A DNA stretch of 64,000 nucleotides from Octopus vulgaris (GCA_951406725.2 OX597818.1:60760001-60824000); one strand, 5' to 3'; shown: positions 24,601 to 37,537, counted from the stretch's first letter. Notes: generated by a model not told the origin, from the sequence alone. Numbers and translations are program-made.

Positions 24601-25136
24601 TCTGAATTATTTATACGTTACTGACGATGAAGTATGTATACAACTAAGAAATGAATACCTCCCCGTAAGCCTTAATCCATGAATTTTTCAAGATGAATGA
24701 TTCTGTTTTCGAATTATAGTAGTAATACCCGGGCATGTGCTGTAACAGTGCGCCCCTGCATCCACCATTTGTGGATGATTTCCTACTCCAAATGCATGAC
24801 ACTTTTCCACGACACAGGTGACAACCCTCCAGCATATGAGTCTGTTTGGGTAGTTGTCCTTAATGAAGGTTTTACGAGGTCGGAGGGCAAATCCTATCTC
24901 CACCTCTTTCAGTCGTCTTTTACAAAATCCAGAAGAAACGTTGGGTCTACTCTTTCACGCGCTGGCGTTCTCAAAGCTCTATTCCTGAATAGTCTCTAAT
25001 ATGATAGTTATCCTGGTGGGGGAGTCAGTTATGTCCAGGAAGGAAATAGCCTGTAGAATAAAACAAACGACTAGAAACAGATCAGCCAGAATTCGAGTGT
25101 TTGCTACAAGTTTTCTCTCTCTGTTTTTATTTAATT

Positions 25137-25289
25137 ATATTATTTACATTTGACGGATATTTGTCCTCATCTTGTTTGTTGTTAACACAACATTTCGGCT
25201 GATATACCCTCTAGCCTTCATCTTGGGGAAATTTCGAACCTGGGTTCTCATTCCTAAGAAATTTTTCGATGTTGTTATCATTATTATCA

Positions 25290-25357
<68 letters not shown>

Positions 25358-25460
25358 ATCACTGCCTTGAAATGAACTTGGAATCTTGCCCGTACATATG
25401 CCATATGTAAATAATGTAAATAATGTACATATTTCTTCACCTCTTAAATATAGAACTGAA
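25137..25460 (-). mobile_element. Second copy of the tRNA-head/(AAT)n/HHR-tail element, partly deleted, with an inverted terminal piece
   Basis: 25137-25272 matches 21483-21625; 25413-25458 is the reverse complement of 21433-21478. Confidence 0.8.
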
Positions 25461-25481
25461 TTATATTATCGTTTTAGTTTA

Positions 25482-25692
25482 AGGCGGTGAGCTGGCAGAA
25501 TCGTTAACATGCTGAGCAAAATGTTAAGCGGCTTTTCGTCCGTCTTTATGTTCTGAGTTCAAATGCTTCCGGGGTCGACTTTACCTTTCATCCCTTTCGG
25601 GATTATTAAATAAAATAAGTACCAGTCAAACACTGGGGGTCGATGTACTCAGCTTAATTCCTCTCTTGAACTTGAGACCAAAATTTGATATA
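25482..25692 (+). mobile_element. SINE family B
   Basis: aggcggtgagctggcagaatcgtt...gagttcaaat...gtcgactttacctttcatccctttcggg. Confidence 0.85.
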
Positions 25693-27145
25693 TTATTATT
25701 AATGGTTTGACTTGGCAAAAGAGACTGTAACCATGGTCTTGGAAGCTGGGAAATTATAGAGAATTCCTGAAAGAAGGCATTGGGGGGGGGGGGGAGAATT
25801 AAAGACAAAGATTGGTACGATGCTTTGAAGTGGTAATATGAATAAGGAGAGGAGGCGTTGCGAACAAATAGGTCGAGATTTCTTGTATGTAGATTGCAAA
25901 GATCAGTGGAACAGTATTAGCAGAAAAGATAGAGAGGGGAAACGAGCAGGGGTTGGAGTGTGTCGGTAAGACAACCGCAATATTTTTATTGGATACATTT
26001 TGTAAAATAGAATGTTTTTTCATTTGAAGGAGAGTGAATGAGATTGTATGCGGTCCCCCGTTTTGTGATGCTCAGGTCTTCTAAAAAAGATTAAAAAAAA
26101 CATATTTGAAATGTTTGTTGTAAAGAGAAATAGCTTTAATCGGAAATCGAAACTGGATTCAAACTTCTGGTGCTTATCTATAGAGTTCACCCTCAATCAA
26201 CTAATTAACTTAAACGTACATGTTAAGTAAAAGGACTACTGGCGCTGTCCAGGTGACCTGTGAAGTTTTGCTTCAGGTCATCACGATCTGGCGTCAATGT
26301 TTCAACGCTTGCTGGGAAGCACGTAAGGCTGTATTAGGCGTTCGTGATGTGTCATATAGAGTTAGTTATTCTTCGGTTGCTAAGTGCTTTTCTGTCTAAA
26401 ATGCTAACAGGAATTCTATACACCTATACACAGAATTATGTGACACTCGTTATTTAGTTATGATCGAAATAATGCTTACTCCAATACCTTTCACGTGTAA
26501 ATGCTATTTACTAGTTGTATCTTGTCTATCATTATCACAATGGCCTTTGTTCCTCAGAAATGCGTGATCTAGTTCTCTCCCTACCCCCACCTCTCTCTCT
26601 CTCTCTCTTTCTCTCTCTTTCTCTGTTTAAACATCTCTATTAGCTTTCTTGAGTGGGAGGCCAAATCCATCAGCCTGTTTAGCACCATTTCATTACTCTG
26701 TTGCCAGCACTCTTATCAAGGTGTCTGTCTGAAAATATCTGTGTTGATCCCTGAGTCAAATTTTCACCACCACCACCACCACGATCACCACTAATAACAA
26801 CAACAACATGATCGCCCTTAATCTAAAAAGCCAAATGAAATTCTCTGGATTTTCTCTTCCTTTTTATTTACCCATAAAAACATCGCGCGCCAAACTTCAT
26901 TACACTAATCGCATTTCTTCCGTTCTCCCGTAATTCCTTTCTTACAATAAATTGCCATAATATACTTTTAGGTCCGCAGCCAGCGACAACGATCTCTACA
27001 CGGCTGATCAACGTGTTAGAATAAGCACCCAAATCTGCCTCAAACTACTTTCTGCTCTCTTTATAAATAAAAAAAATACATTGGTTGGCATAGTTCGGGG
27101 GACAGTTCCTGAAAAACAAAATGACAAGCGAGATGGTCGTTTGCA

Positions 27146-27337
27146 TACCTATTTCTTTACTACCCACAAGGGGCTAAACACAGAGAGGACAAACAAGGAC
27201 AGACAAACGGATTAAGTCGATTATATCGACCCCAGTGCGTAACTGGTACTTATTTAATCGACCCCAAAAGGATGAAAGGCAAAGTCGACCTCGGTGGAAT
27301 TTGAACTCAGAACGTAACGGCAGACGAAATACGGCTA
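27146..27337 (-). mobile_element. SINE family B, 5'-truncated
   Basis: Matches the 11261-11443 unit. Confidence 0.9.
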
Positions 27338-27933
27338 CGTCCTTTCGTAGTAGGGGCAACCGATTTAACACAAAGCAATACCAACAACAACTGCAACAAC
27401 AGCAACTATAAATCAGAGTTTTATTCTTCTTTATTAATTCTTCATCTTTTCAGATTTCTCTCCACTCGCATCCATTTCCGTAAAATATTTCTTTGCTACG
27501 ACTAAATAGAATCTGAGAGCTGCAATACCGTTCACACCGCTCTCAACGACGTGTGATTTAATTCCGTTGAGTGTCGAAACTATGTCCAACATTGCGTTGC
27601 TAAAATAGTACTATTTCACAGTATTTGGTTTTAATTTAGACACAGAGCTAACCATTTTGAGACGAGAGGATTTATCGGTACCATCGATTCCACTGCTTGA
27701 CAACTACTTTATTTTAACGACCGCGATGGAAGGTAATGTCTTCGATATTCACCGTCGGTTTTCTTTATTTAATCTCTTTTAACATGGCTTCCCATGCATT
27801 CTGCTAGCACTAAGGTTTTATTAAACTTACAAAATTTATTCATAAGATAAAGAAATCGTGTTTACCATCGATAAGATATCCATTGACAGCCTGTTGCATT
27901 TTATCATTGTCATAGAACTGCACATTAAACACA

Positions 27934-29474
27934 CTAGCAAATCTACCCATCTACGATGGAGGCTTAAAATGATGGAGGGAAGTCATAACAGCTGTATGTA
28001 TTGAGCAATGTGGAAATGGATTTGATGGATTACTGGGTGATGTCTTAGAGAGATCACATTGTTGTTGGTGATACAGCTTTCTATTACAGCTATATGACGT
28101 GTTTGCTACTAAGTGACATGGGATGACGATTCACTCCCGAACTGAAATAGGTTCCCAGCATCTGTATCATGAATGGTTATGAGGACCACTCCTAACGAAA
28201 GCCAAAGCTTCCTTCGACCGTTACATAAAAAGTATTAAGAAAAAAATGTTATTTAGATATACTTTTATTTTAGTTGTTTACACTATTTTACGCTTGTTTA
28301 TACTCTTATACATTCAATGTTCCTTATTTAAATTATGAATCGTATTCCCTTCGATAATATCAATATGATTACAAAACTCCTTTGTAGACGACATTTTCTG
28401 TTTGGTCGACACTAAATTTCAAATTACTGGAGTCCGTTGCTCTACACATAGCGACGTATAAATGGCCGTGTGTAAACTTCGGAGTGGGTAAAAATACACG
28501 TACGCGATCTAAATTCTGGCCCTGTGCCTTCTTTGCTGTGAATGCGCGAGCGGAATCTTCAGGGTTGCAAAAAAAAAAAATCAAACTAAGACTTACCTCT
28601 CACTGTTCTATGCGAATAATGTCTGGATGTTCTGGTACCATGAGTTACTTTGATTGACAAAACTGAGTTGTAAACAACGCCGCTTCGATTAGCCGTTTCG
28701 AATCCTGCTCGAGACTGACACACTTCAATAACCACTAAGTAATCACACACACTGTATACTGACACACTTTTCCATTTTATTTTCGCTATTAACCGTCCTC
28801 GCGACTCCCTTCCTATCTACGATGGGGCCACGTGGTATACGATTAAAATCCAGAGTTAAGCGTGGTCGGTGAATTTTTAATAAAAATGCGAAGGTGGTTT
28901 ATCAATTCAAAATTTGATATCCATGAAATAATCATACTTTCTGATTTTTTTTATGCTAAAAACCTTCCTGACGACCGTCTATGTAATTCCGAAAAATATC
29001 GTAGCTATTGGTCCGGCCGTTGGCAGCGAAGAGGGAACAGACAAAGAGACGGACAGACAAACGGACATAACGGCCATTATGGTAAGGTAGCAAATCTGCC
29101 CATCTACCATGGGAAATAAAGGGACAGTATCGCAAATCTAAATCCTCTAAATTCACGAACTATACGGCGGGCGGGGGGGGGATCCAGAGTTAATCCTCGT
29201 CAACGGAATTTTAACAAAAAAAAAATAAAAGTGATTTATTAATACAAAATTCAATATCCATTAAATAATCATATTTTTTCACATTTTATTTATTTATTAT
29301 TATTATTATTCGCTAAAAGCATTCCTGATCACCTCCTTCGTAATCCTGAAAAAATATCGTAACCATTTGTCCAGCCGTTTGACCATGAAGATGGAACAGA
29401 CAGGCAGACAGACAAACAGATGGGCAGACGGACAGACGGTCAGACAGACGGACATGACGACCGTTATAGTAAGA
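27934..29474 (-). mobile_element. Composite Helitron: tandem mini-units plus a PIF1-family helicase C-terminal fragment
   Basis: Minus-strand 5' end A|TCTTACTATAACGG...TGTCCGTCTGTCTG at 29474; 3' hairpin CCATC-GTA-GATGG (27947-27959) followed by CTAG|T at 27934-27937. Confidence 0.8.
28369..28550 (-). pseudogene. Helitron RepHel helicase C-terminal fragment
   Basis: AFTAKKAQGQNLDRVRVFLPTPKFTHGHLYVAMCRA...TENVVYKGVL matches SF1/PIF1 motifs V-VI (T..KSQGQ.L..V...L..P.F.HGQLYVA.SR) and the Helitron N.VY.EVL terminus. Confidence 0.88.
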
Positions 29475-29560
29475 TTAAATCAAGTGACCTTACTCGATCG
29501 TGGAAAGAACGAGAAAATTCTAAATCAAGTATGTGACAGCAGAGAGAGAATGAGAGAGAG

Positions 29561-29619
<59 letters not shown>

Positions 29620-30307
29620 GAGAAAGAGAGAGTGAGAGAGAGAGAGAAAGAAAGAGAGAAAGAGAGAGAACTGCACCGGTATTATGTTGGCACTCATTTT
29701 AGGCTAAGTAGACAGAATAACATGAAGTGAAGTGCAATTAGTTAATTTTTGCCTAATTTGTCCATCCTACCCACCGTGAAAGGCTTGGTGCACCCTTCAG
29801 TTATTCCAATTCTGCAGCATCATCTTTCGTTTGTTTTCGAAGTCGAATATATGATTCTATGAGGTGATTTTAAGACTGGCACCAACTGCACGTACCAGTG
29901 AGGGACTAAGGCTGTGACTATCTGAAGAGAGGTAGATTGCTACATACCAGCTAATTCTGTGTTCACTAATGATTTTATTAATTGCAGAAAAGGTCTCTCT
30001 ATCCTAGGAGGACGGATGAACCAGGATTTGTCTAGATTATGATTTGAGAGCTGTTACTTATACACGTATGAACTAGGGAAAAGACCATTTTCCCAACATG
30101 GACTTTGGAAAATATCTCACTGTCAGAAATTAGTTCAACACATTTTTCAGTGCCAAAGTCTGTGTCGATGAATACACACTGCTTATAGAACAATTGGTGA
30201 GATTGTGTTTATGGTTAGATTCATCAATCCTGTTGCCGAGGTCTTCTATAACACGTTGGCTCCCACACGTCCTACCGGTGGGTTGTGGTGGTACATTAGT
30301 GAGTCCA

Positions 30308-30545
30308 AGGCGGCGAGCTGGCAGAAACGTTAGCACGCCGGGCGAAATGCTTAGCGGTATTTCGTCTGCCGCTACGTTCTGAGTTCAAATTTCGCCAAGG
30401 TCGACTTTGCTTTTCATCCTTTCGGGGTTGATAAATTAAGTACCAGTTACGCACTGGGGTCGATGTAATCGACTTAATCCGTTTGCCTGTCCTTGTTTGT
30501 CCCTTCTATGTTTAGCCCCTTGTGGGTAGTAAAGAAATTGGTATA
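30308..30545 (+). mobile_element. SINE family B, full length with TSD
   Basis: TSD ggtacattagtgagtcc (30290-30306) / ggtatattagtgaatcc (30540-30556). Confidence 0.92.
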
Positions 30546-31227
30546 TTAGTGAATCCCGCACGACCCAAGAGTGAGTCGTTTTTTTTATTTATTTCCTAAG
30601 GGCTTTCTGAGAGCTGGAATACTCTGACTGTTTTGATTTGTGCTTTTGCTACACTAAGAGAGCAACTTTTTTATAGATATTTTATATCCTTTTTCGTTTT
30701 TCTTCTGATTTCACCATGTAATGAGGTGAAATACAAGATTGAGTATAGAGAAAATTTTATTTACCATTGAAACGAAAATAGCTAGTTCTTTTCGAAAAAA
30801 TTGGTAGATTTTCCAATAGACATAGAAGGGAAGGGAAAATATTTTACTTGCCATGGAAACCAAAATAGTTCTTTTTGAAAAGGTTTCGAGATCTTCCAAT
30901 AGAAAATACTCCAAATTTTTACCTGACCACGGGTAGTACCTGTGGTATCTAGGATGTGATATGAACTAGGGTGCCACACAACCTTCTGGTGGGAAGTGGG
31001 TATCTAACACCACCTGTGTGATCCTTGCCTCACATATGGTATACAGTAAAAATATTACGACGCTCATGGGAAAATTAATTCAGATATTGGGACCCTGGGA
31101 TAAAAAGTCAAATGAGGCTCGCGGCCAACGTGTTAGAATCGTATTCATGATATTCTGCTGTTGTTTACATTCCATGCACTACGGGCAGGACGAGTCAGTA
31201 TCCCAGAAGAATGGTTAGTGTGAGTTT

Positions 31228-31375
31228 GAAGACGCGTGGCATAGTGGTTAAAAATATACCAAAGATCGCATGGTCGTAAGTTCTAGTCCTAAAATGGGTG
31301 GCAGGTTGTGACCTTGAGCAAGTTATTTCATTTGAAAATGCTCCAATCTACTCAACAGAGAATGAGTACCAGCTT
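31228..31375 (+). mobile_element. Old tRNA-derived SINE head
   Basis: gcgtggcatagtggtta...gttctagtcc...gtgaccttgagcaagttattt. Confidence 0.55.
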
Positions 31376-31796
31376 CTCTTTCTCCCCCCTCGCCTTTTCC
31401 CGCCCTTTTTCTCTCCTGCTGTCACGTGCTCGATGTTTCGCTTAGTCAAGTGTAGAAAGTCCAAGAGGGTGTCTTTATCTACTCGCGGCTACATACGCAC
31501 ATTTAGGACTTCCTCTTTCTTCTAATAATTGAATAAAGTCACTCCATTTATACCTGTAATGTACCATTATTGGTATTGACATAATTTGAATAGGAAGAAA
31601 GCAAGGCTTTTACAGGTGAGTCATAATTTAATTTTTATCTACAGCTGTTTCAACAAATAAAGCAAAAACCATCATTTATATAATTATGTAACTGATATAC
31701 ATAAACAATAGGACTGTTAGTGCTAGGAATACGAGATAAATAAGACAGAAAGTAGTAAAAAGATAGAGAGAAATAAGAATGCTTCAGAGAGAAAAC

Positions 31797-32010
31797 GACA
31801 GTGAGGGTGGGGGAAGAAAAGTGACAGAGAAAAAGTGATAGTGAGGGAGAGGAAAAGTGACGGGGAGAAAGTGATAGTGAGGGAGAGGAAAAGCGACAGA
31901 GAGAAAATGACAGTGAGGGAGAGGAAAAGCGACAGAGAGAAAATGACAGTGAGGGAGAGGAAAAGCGACAGAGAGAAAATGACAGTGAGGGAGAGGAAAA
32001 GCGACAGAGA
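31797..32010. repeat. 36-bp minisatellite, ~6 copies
   Basis: Unit gacagtgagggagaggaaaagcgacagagagaaaat. Confidence 0.92.
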
Positions 32011-32308
32011 GCTGTTTTGACACAATTCAACGGGTTGTCGTCGGATATCCGACCGGACTTGTCGGTAGGGAAACAGGATTTCTTTATCTTTAATATGTTT
32101 TGCTAGTTTAATCAAATCCTAATAACTGGGGAATGCAAAGGAAGTAGTTGTGTTAATGCAGGTGAAATAAAGAGAGTCAATAGGGAATTTCTGTGTTTTT
32201 GCCCGTTACGATCCTGAGTTATTATGTCACTAGCAAAGTTTTCTTAAATTTTTTATTGAAATATAATTTGTCTCCACTCCTGAGATACACCAGTAGTTCG
32301 AACACAAG

Positions 32309-32344
<36 letters not shown>

Positions 32345-32518
32345 ACATACACACATACACCTTCCCTTTGATAGATGCTTGTGTTCGGTGGTATTTTGGG
32401 AGTGTGGTGCTATCCCTAATTGGTTTAAAATTTGTGGCCACTTTTCCGTTTCTGATTCTGTGGTTGTCATTGGATCAATGAGCATTTGATGCAAACAGTG
32501 CCAAGAATCTTGGTCTTG

Positions 32519-32910
32519 AAGGAGTGGCTGTGTGGTAAGTAGCTTGCTTACCAACCACATGGTTCCGAGTTCAGTCCCACTGAGTGGCACTTTGGGCAAG
32601 TATCTTCTACTATAGCCTCGGGCCGACCAAAGCCTTGTGAGTGGATTTGGTAGACGGAAACTGAAAGAAGCCCGTCTTATATATGTATATGTATATATAT
32701 GTGTGTGTGTGTGTGTGCGTTTGTGTGTCTGTGTCCCCCACCCCCACCAACATCACTTCACAACCGATGCTGGTGTGTTTACGTCCCCAAAAAAGACCGA
32801 TAGAATAAGTACTAGGCTTACAAAGAATAAATCCTGGGGTCGATTTGCTCGACTAAAGCTCCAGCATGGCTGCAGTCAAATGTTTGAAGCAACTAAAAGA
32901 GTAAAAGATT
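32519..32910 (+). mobile_element. SINE family A
   Basis: ggagtggctgtgtggtaagtagcttgc...gagttcagtccc...gcagtcaaatg. Confidence 0.9.
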
Positions 32911-32999
32911 AAACAGGAAAGGTCCTTAATTACCAAGAAACCTCTGAACCATTTGAGCAAATTTCTAAGAGATATGGCAAATCAACACTCGTCATCAGA

Positions 33000-35300
33000 G
33001 ACAGTACTGATAGATGATTTAGTATCCTAGAATACCATTTCCCTGTTTTGTAGCCTAGACTCTTTTATGAATCTCTTTTCTTGGCAATGCCTTGATTTCC
33101 AGGTTTTCCTTGGACAAAGGATCAAAACGTATACATTTTCAGTGTTCCTGGAATTGTATTTGTCTCATGGAATCGTTCTTTTATGTCCCATTCTGTGATT
33201 TTTTCATCGTTTATTGAATACAGGAATTTAATCTTTGGACTGTGATATCTTCCATATAAAAAAAAATGTCTCGGTGCCTTGATTTGGTTATTATAAGTCC
33301 ACAGTAGGCTGGCTCTTACAGCTCGTCTCTTCACAGTACCTCCTACGCTGTTATATGTGAGATGGCCGAAAAATTCCTCTACGCTTTCATCTTAATAGTC
33401 AGCTGTGAGATTGCATAAATTGAAAAAGTTCTTATAATATTGTATTGATCAATGGCTTCGTCTAAAAATAGGTCGATGTCTAATCTCCTTTTACAAAGTC
33501 TATCAAGTTCCTTTGATACAAATAAACAGCCACAACGTCATGACGGCAATATACTTCAGGTCCTTCCCTTCACTGTAGAGCACACAAAAACGATTATTGT
33601 GGCTTGAGTTTTATTTCAGTTATACATTTGGATTCCATCTTATACAATAAATTAATAATTTTCAGCAATATCTCCTGCAACTAATGCTTTTATTTTCTTC
33701 AACGATTCTTTCATTTGGGAACAGGATGTAGGATGTTCCTAGAACAAAAAGAATTGTGCGTGTTACGTTTTGTTTTAGTTTTTATAATTTGTTCAGAATG
33801 TCTCAAAGTCTCAATGAGTTCAGGTGCTGTTTCTATGATTGTTCCAAAAATGGTTTTATCTTTTGCTGGTTCCTATCTATACTGTATATGTCGTTATGAA
33901 ATAGAACTTCAGCCAAAATTTGCTCACATTTTGTTACAAAACGGCTGCAGAAAACTGCTGAGGGTGGATGGTACATAATTGCCGACAAATGTTGATGTAA
34001 TCCATCAAATGATTTTATTCTCTTCTGTAATGGCAGTTAGCCTTTCTGCAACGATTATAAGTATCCTATTTTGCTGAGTTGGGCAAACATAGTGTCTGTT
34101 CTATTGGCACAAGACACAACATACACTTTGGAAATAAAATCAGCATACTTTTAGAAACCGAGCTTAACTCCAACATTGATAGACTTTTACATTAAATGTT
34201 ATCATGCACTTCTGCTTTTAATCTCTTCGGTCACGATTCAAGAGTCTATTATGATCCTTTCAAAATATCAACCGATATATTAAGGCGGCGAGCTGGCAGA
34301 AACGTTAGCTCGCCGCGCGAAATGCTTAACGGTATTTCGTCTGTCATTACGTTCTGAGTTCAAATTTCGCCGAGGTCGACTTTGCCTTTCATCCTTTCGG
34401 GGTTGATAAATTAAGTACCAGTTACGCACTGGGGTCGATGTAATCGACTTAATACCTATGTCTGTCCTTGTTTGTCCGCTCTGTGTTTAGCCCCTTGTGG
34501 GTAGTAAAGAAATAGAAATAGGTATTTCGTCTGCCATAATGTTCTGAGTTCAAATTCCGCCGAGGTCGACATTGCTTTTCATCCTTTTGGGGTCGATAAA
34601 TTAAATACTAGTTGCGTACCAGTACGATCTAATCGATTAGCCCCTCCCCCAAAATTTCAGGCTTTGTTCCTAGAGCAGAAAAGTATATTAACCGATATGT
34701 TTTTTTTATTTCTAAACTTTGACAATGTCGTCCCCTATCTCATGCAAAAATTTGATTCCGCTTTTGTTCGACAATGACAAGATATCTTTTGTTTAAACGA
34801 GCATTTTAACAAGAATTGCTATTTAATTAATGACACCACATTCTTCCGCATGTCTACTATTTCAACTTTTGGAGAGAATTCTCAGGATTTGAACTTACTC
34901 GCATTTTCACCGTTTCATTGTACGTTCATTTTTTAAAAACTGTTTAATAATCTCTGAATTTTTATGCTTTATTCAAGTAGAATCGACTTCAGTTTTATAA
35001 CAGGGAATGATTTGTTTAGGTTCCCTTAAAATTCTTTTCTGGATTTTCTTTGCTTCCTTTTGTCCATCTTCTTCATGCTTCTTCACAAGTGTTGATGAAC
35101 TCTCATTCAGTGACTGGAATTCACTTGTTGACGAAATAAAAATATCTTCGAGACATTCTGTAGTTTATTCAGTTTCAAATGCAAGCACTGGATGATGATG
35201 ATGATGATGATGATAATGAACTGACATCTAGTAATTTCTCGTGACGTATGGCACGGGAATTATTTTTCAGTTTTAGGCGAATTTTGCAGCAAATGATTTG
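33000..35300 (-). pseudogene. Degraded DDE-type DNA transposase ORF (superfamily uncertain), interrupted by SINE B
   Basis: Collinear minus-strand motifs GDIAENY (33655-33675, cf. DFAENY), YKNFFNL (~33415-33436), VGGTVKRRAVRASL (33305-33346) and IPGT; many stops; boundaries approximate. Confidence 0.6.
34283..34685 (+). mobile_element. SINE family B dimer flanked by one TSD
   Basis: Junction gaaataggtatttcgtctg at ~34516-34534; TSD-like tatcaaccgatatatt / tattaaccgatatgtt. Confidence 0.88.
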
Positions 35301-36112
35301 GAAATTTATAAAATTTTTTTGTATTGTTTGACAAGCTTTTCCTGAAGGTTGAAAGGGTTGCAGCGTGAGCTTTGACTCACTCTAAACTGTGCAACAAGAT
35401 GCATCAATTGCATCCTGAAACAGAAAAACTGATAAATTCTAAAAATGCATAAACTCTTTTGAAATTTGAACATTGACTTAAAAGCTACTTAAAGCTGGAT
35501 TTCCTTTCAATGCCATTATCACTAGCGAGCAATTTATGGATGAGCCTTCAGCATTGACATTCAATTAGGTATAATTAAAAATTGAGAAAATTAAAATAAT
35601 CAAATTTCACCACTGGTGAAACTTCCGGTCTTCGAATCCTGTTTATTTTAACTGCTTTAACTAGGCTTCACATGTTTTTCACAAAATAAAATTTTAAACG
35701 CAGAACGTCAATAGTCCATAAAAACAATAAACAAAATTTAACCGAATTTCAAGGCTTCTTTTTTTTTATAAACACTATTTCAATATTTAAAACGTTCTCT
35801 CATATTGCCAGCGCTCTATTAAATATAACGCAGAAGAGGGACAAAAAACTTTTCAATGACCTAATGATCAAGACAATAGGTCAAATATGCAATGAGTTAT
35901 GACTATTTCTTCGGACAACGTGAGGCCAAAACTAGTCCAAATTTTCAACATTCCAAGGCCAAACATTACAAATCAGAATGCCTAGAATTCAGAAGTTTTG
36001 CATGCTTTAATAATCGTAAAGATGGTGAAGGCACTATAACAGTCAGGTTTAAGGAAAATGTGAGGTACTAACCATTTTTTATGTTTATTTCGTGCGGAAT
36101 GAACCGAATATA

Positions 36113-36530
36113 TACTCTTTTACTCTTTTACTTGTTTCAGTCATTTGACTGTGGCCATGCTGAAGTACCGCCTTTTAGTCGAGCAAATCGACCCCAGGAC
36201 TTATTCTTTATAAGCCTAGTACTTATTCTATCGGTCTCTTTCACGGAACCGCTAGCTTACGGGGACGTAAACACACCAGCATCGGTTGTCAAGCGATGTT
36301 GAGGCGACAAACACAGACACACAAACATATACACACATACATATATATACATATGTACATATATACGACGGGCTTCTTTCAGTTTCCGTCTATCAAATCC
36401 ACTCACAAGGGTTTGGTCGGCCCGAGGCTATAGTAGAAGACACTTGCCCAAGGTGCCATGCAGTGGGACTGAACCTGGAATCATGTGGCTGGTAAGCAAG
36501 CTACTTACCACACAGCCACTCCTGCGCCTA
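36113..36530 (-). mobile_element. SINE family A, full length
   Basis: Tail tactcttttactcttttacttgtttcag; head ccacacagccactcctgcgcc. Confidence 0.92.
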
Positions 36531-36599
36531 TACATATAATTGTATGTATGCGTGTATGTGCATGACAATTAAGATTACGAAGCAAAGAGAAGATCAACG

Positions 36600-36997
36600 A
36601 ACAAATAATACACAGAATCAGACAAGGTGAAAAGTGTCAAAGTACAAAGCGAAACAACAACATTCAAAGAAGTATACAATGAAGATAACTTCACCAACTG
36701 CCGATAACAGATGAATATGTGTGTCTGCTGTCCTACATGGTGTATAAAATCACGTGCAGCAAAGGAATTGAATTCTATATCGGAAGAACCATCAGGTAAG
36801 TTCACATACGGATTAAAGAACACACGTTTGCTAATGGTTCCTCCGCCAAAAAAAAATATATCATCGACTGAAATGCCACACTCATGACATCCGAGTTTTC
36901 ATTGAAGTTACATGTATAGGCCGGGAATGAATAGCAGATGAGAACAACACAGAGCCGATAGGCTACTACAACAATACAATACAACCTTTCACACATA

Positions 36998-37066
<69 letters not shown>

Positions 37067-37175
37067 ACACACACGCACGCACGCTCTTCAGAACAGAGAA
37101 GTCAGCTTTCAACAACTTTTCCCCGTAGATTTCCTGAAGAAGGGCTCTTAGCCCTGAAATATTGAAATATTGTAA
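36600..37175 (+). mobile_element. Penelope-like element 3' end: GIY-YIG remnant, (CA)n and HHR
   Basis: 36737-36823 translates MVYKITCSKGIEFYIGRTIR*VHIRIKEH (VY..YIG.T.R....R..EH); PGMNSR at ~36921-36938; HHR at 37129-37168. Confidence 0.8.
37129..37168 (+). ncRNA. Minimal type I hammerhead ribozyme, canonical core
   Basis: AUUUC CUGAAGA AGGGCU CUU AGCCCU GAAA UAUU|GAAAU; perfect 5-bp stem I, 6-bp stem II, palindromic AUAU. Confidence 0.85.
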
Positions 37176-37186
37176 TATTACTAACC

Positions 37187-37525
37187 AGACGCATGGCTCG
37201 GTGGTTAGAGCGTCGAGCTTACGATCGTGGAGTTGTGAGTTCGAATCCCAGACCAGGCTGCGTGTTGTGTTCTTGAGCAAGACACTTTATTTCACGTTGC
37301 TCCTTTTCTTTCAGCTGTAGAAATGAGTTGCGACGTCACAGGTACCAAGCTCTATCGACCCCCTTTGCCTCTCCTTTGGATAACACTGGTGGCATGGAGA
37401 GGGGAGGCCGGTATGCATGGGCGACTGTTGGTCTTCCATAAAACAACCTTGCTCGGACTTGTGCCTGGGAGGGTAACTTTCTAGGTGTAATTCCACGGTC
37501 AGTCATGACCGAAGGGGGTCTCAAC
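37187..37525 (+). mobile_element. tRNA-derived SINE (family D)
   Basis: gcatggctcggtggttagagcg...gagttcgaatccc (A and B boxes) followed by gttcttgagcaagacacttt. Confidence 0.8.
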
Positions 37526-37537
37526 TAACCATCGATT

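Noticed and set aside
24620-24660. Isolated CTGANGA matches (also 10515, 48085, 56341, 61858)
   Set aside because: No stem II closing onto GAAA and no stem I pairing; expected by chance
31797-32010. CRISPR-like 36-bp repeats
   Set aside because: Contiguous tandem units without unique spacers, no cas genes, eukaryotic context
37190-37265. tRNA gene-like sequences (also 22289-22348, 38530-38600, 47159-47240)
   Set aside because: They are SINE heads continuing into repeat bodies and lack a proper acceptor stem
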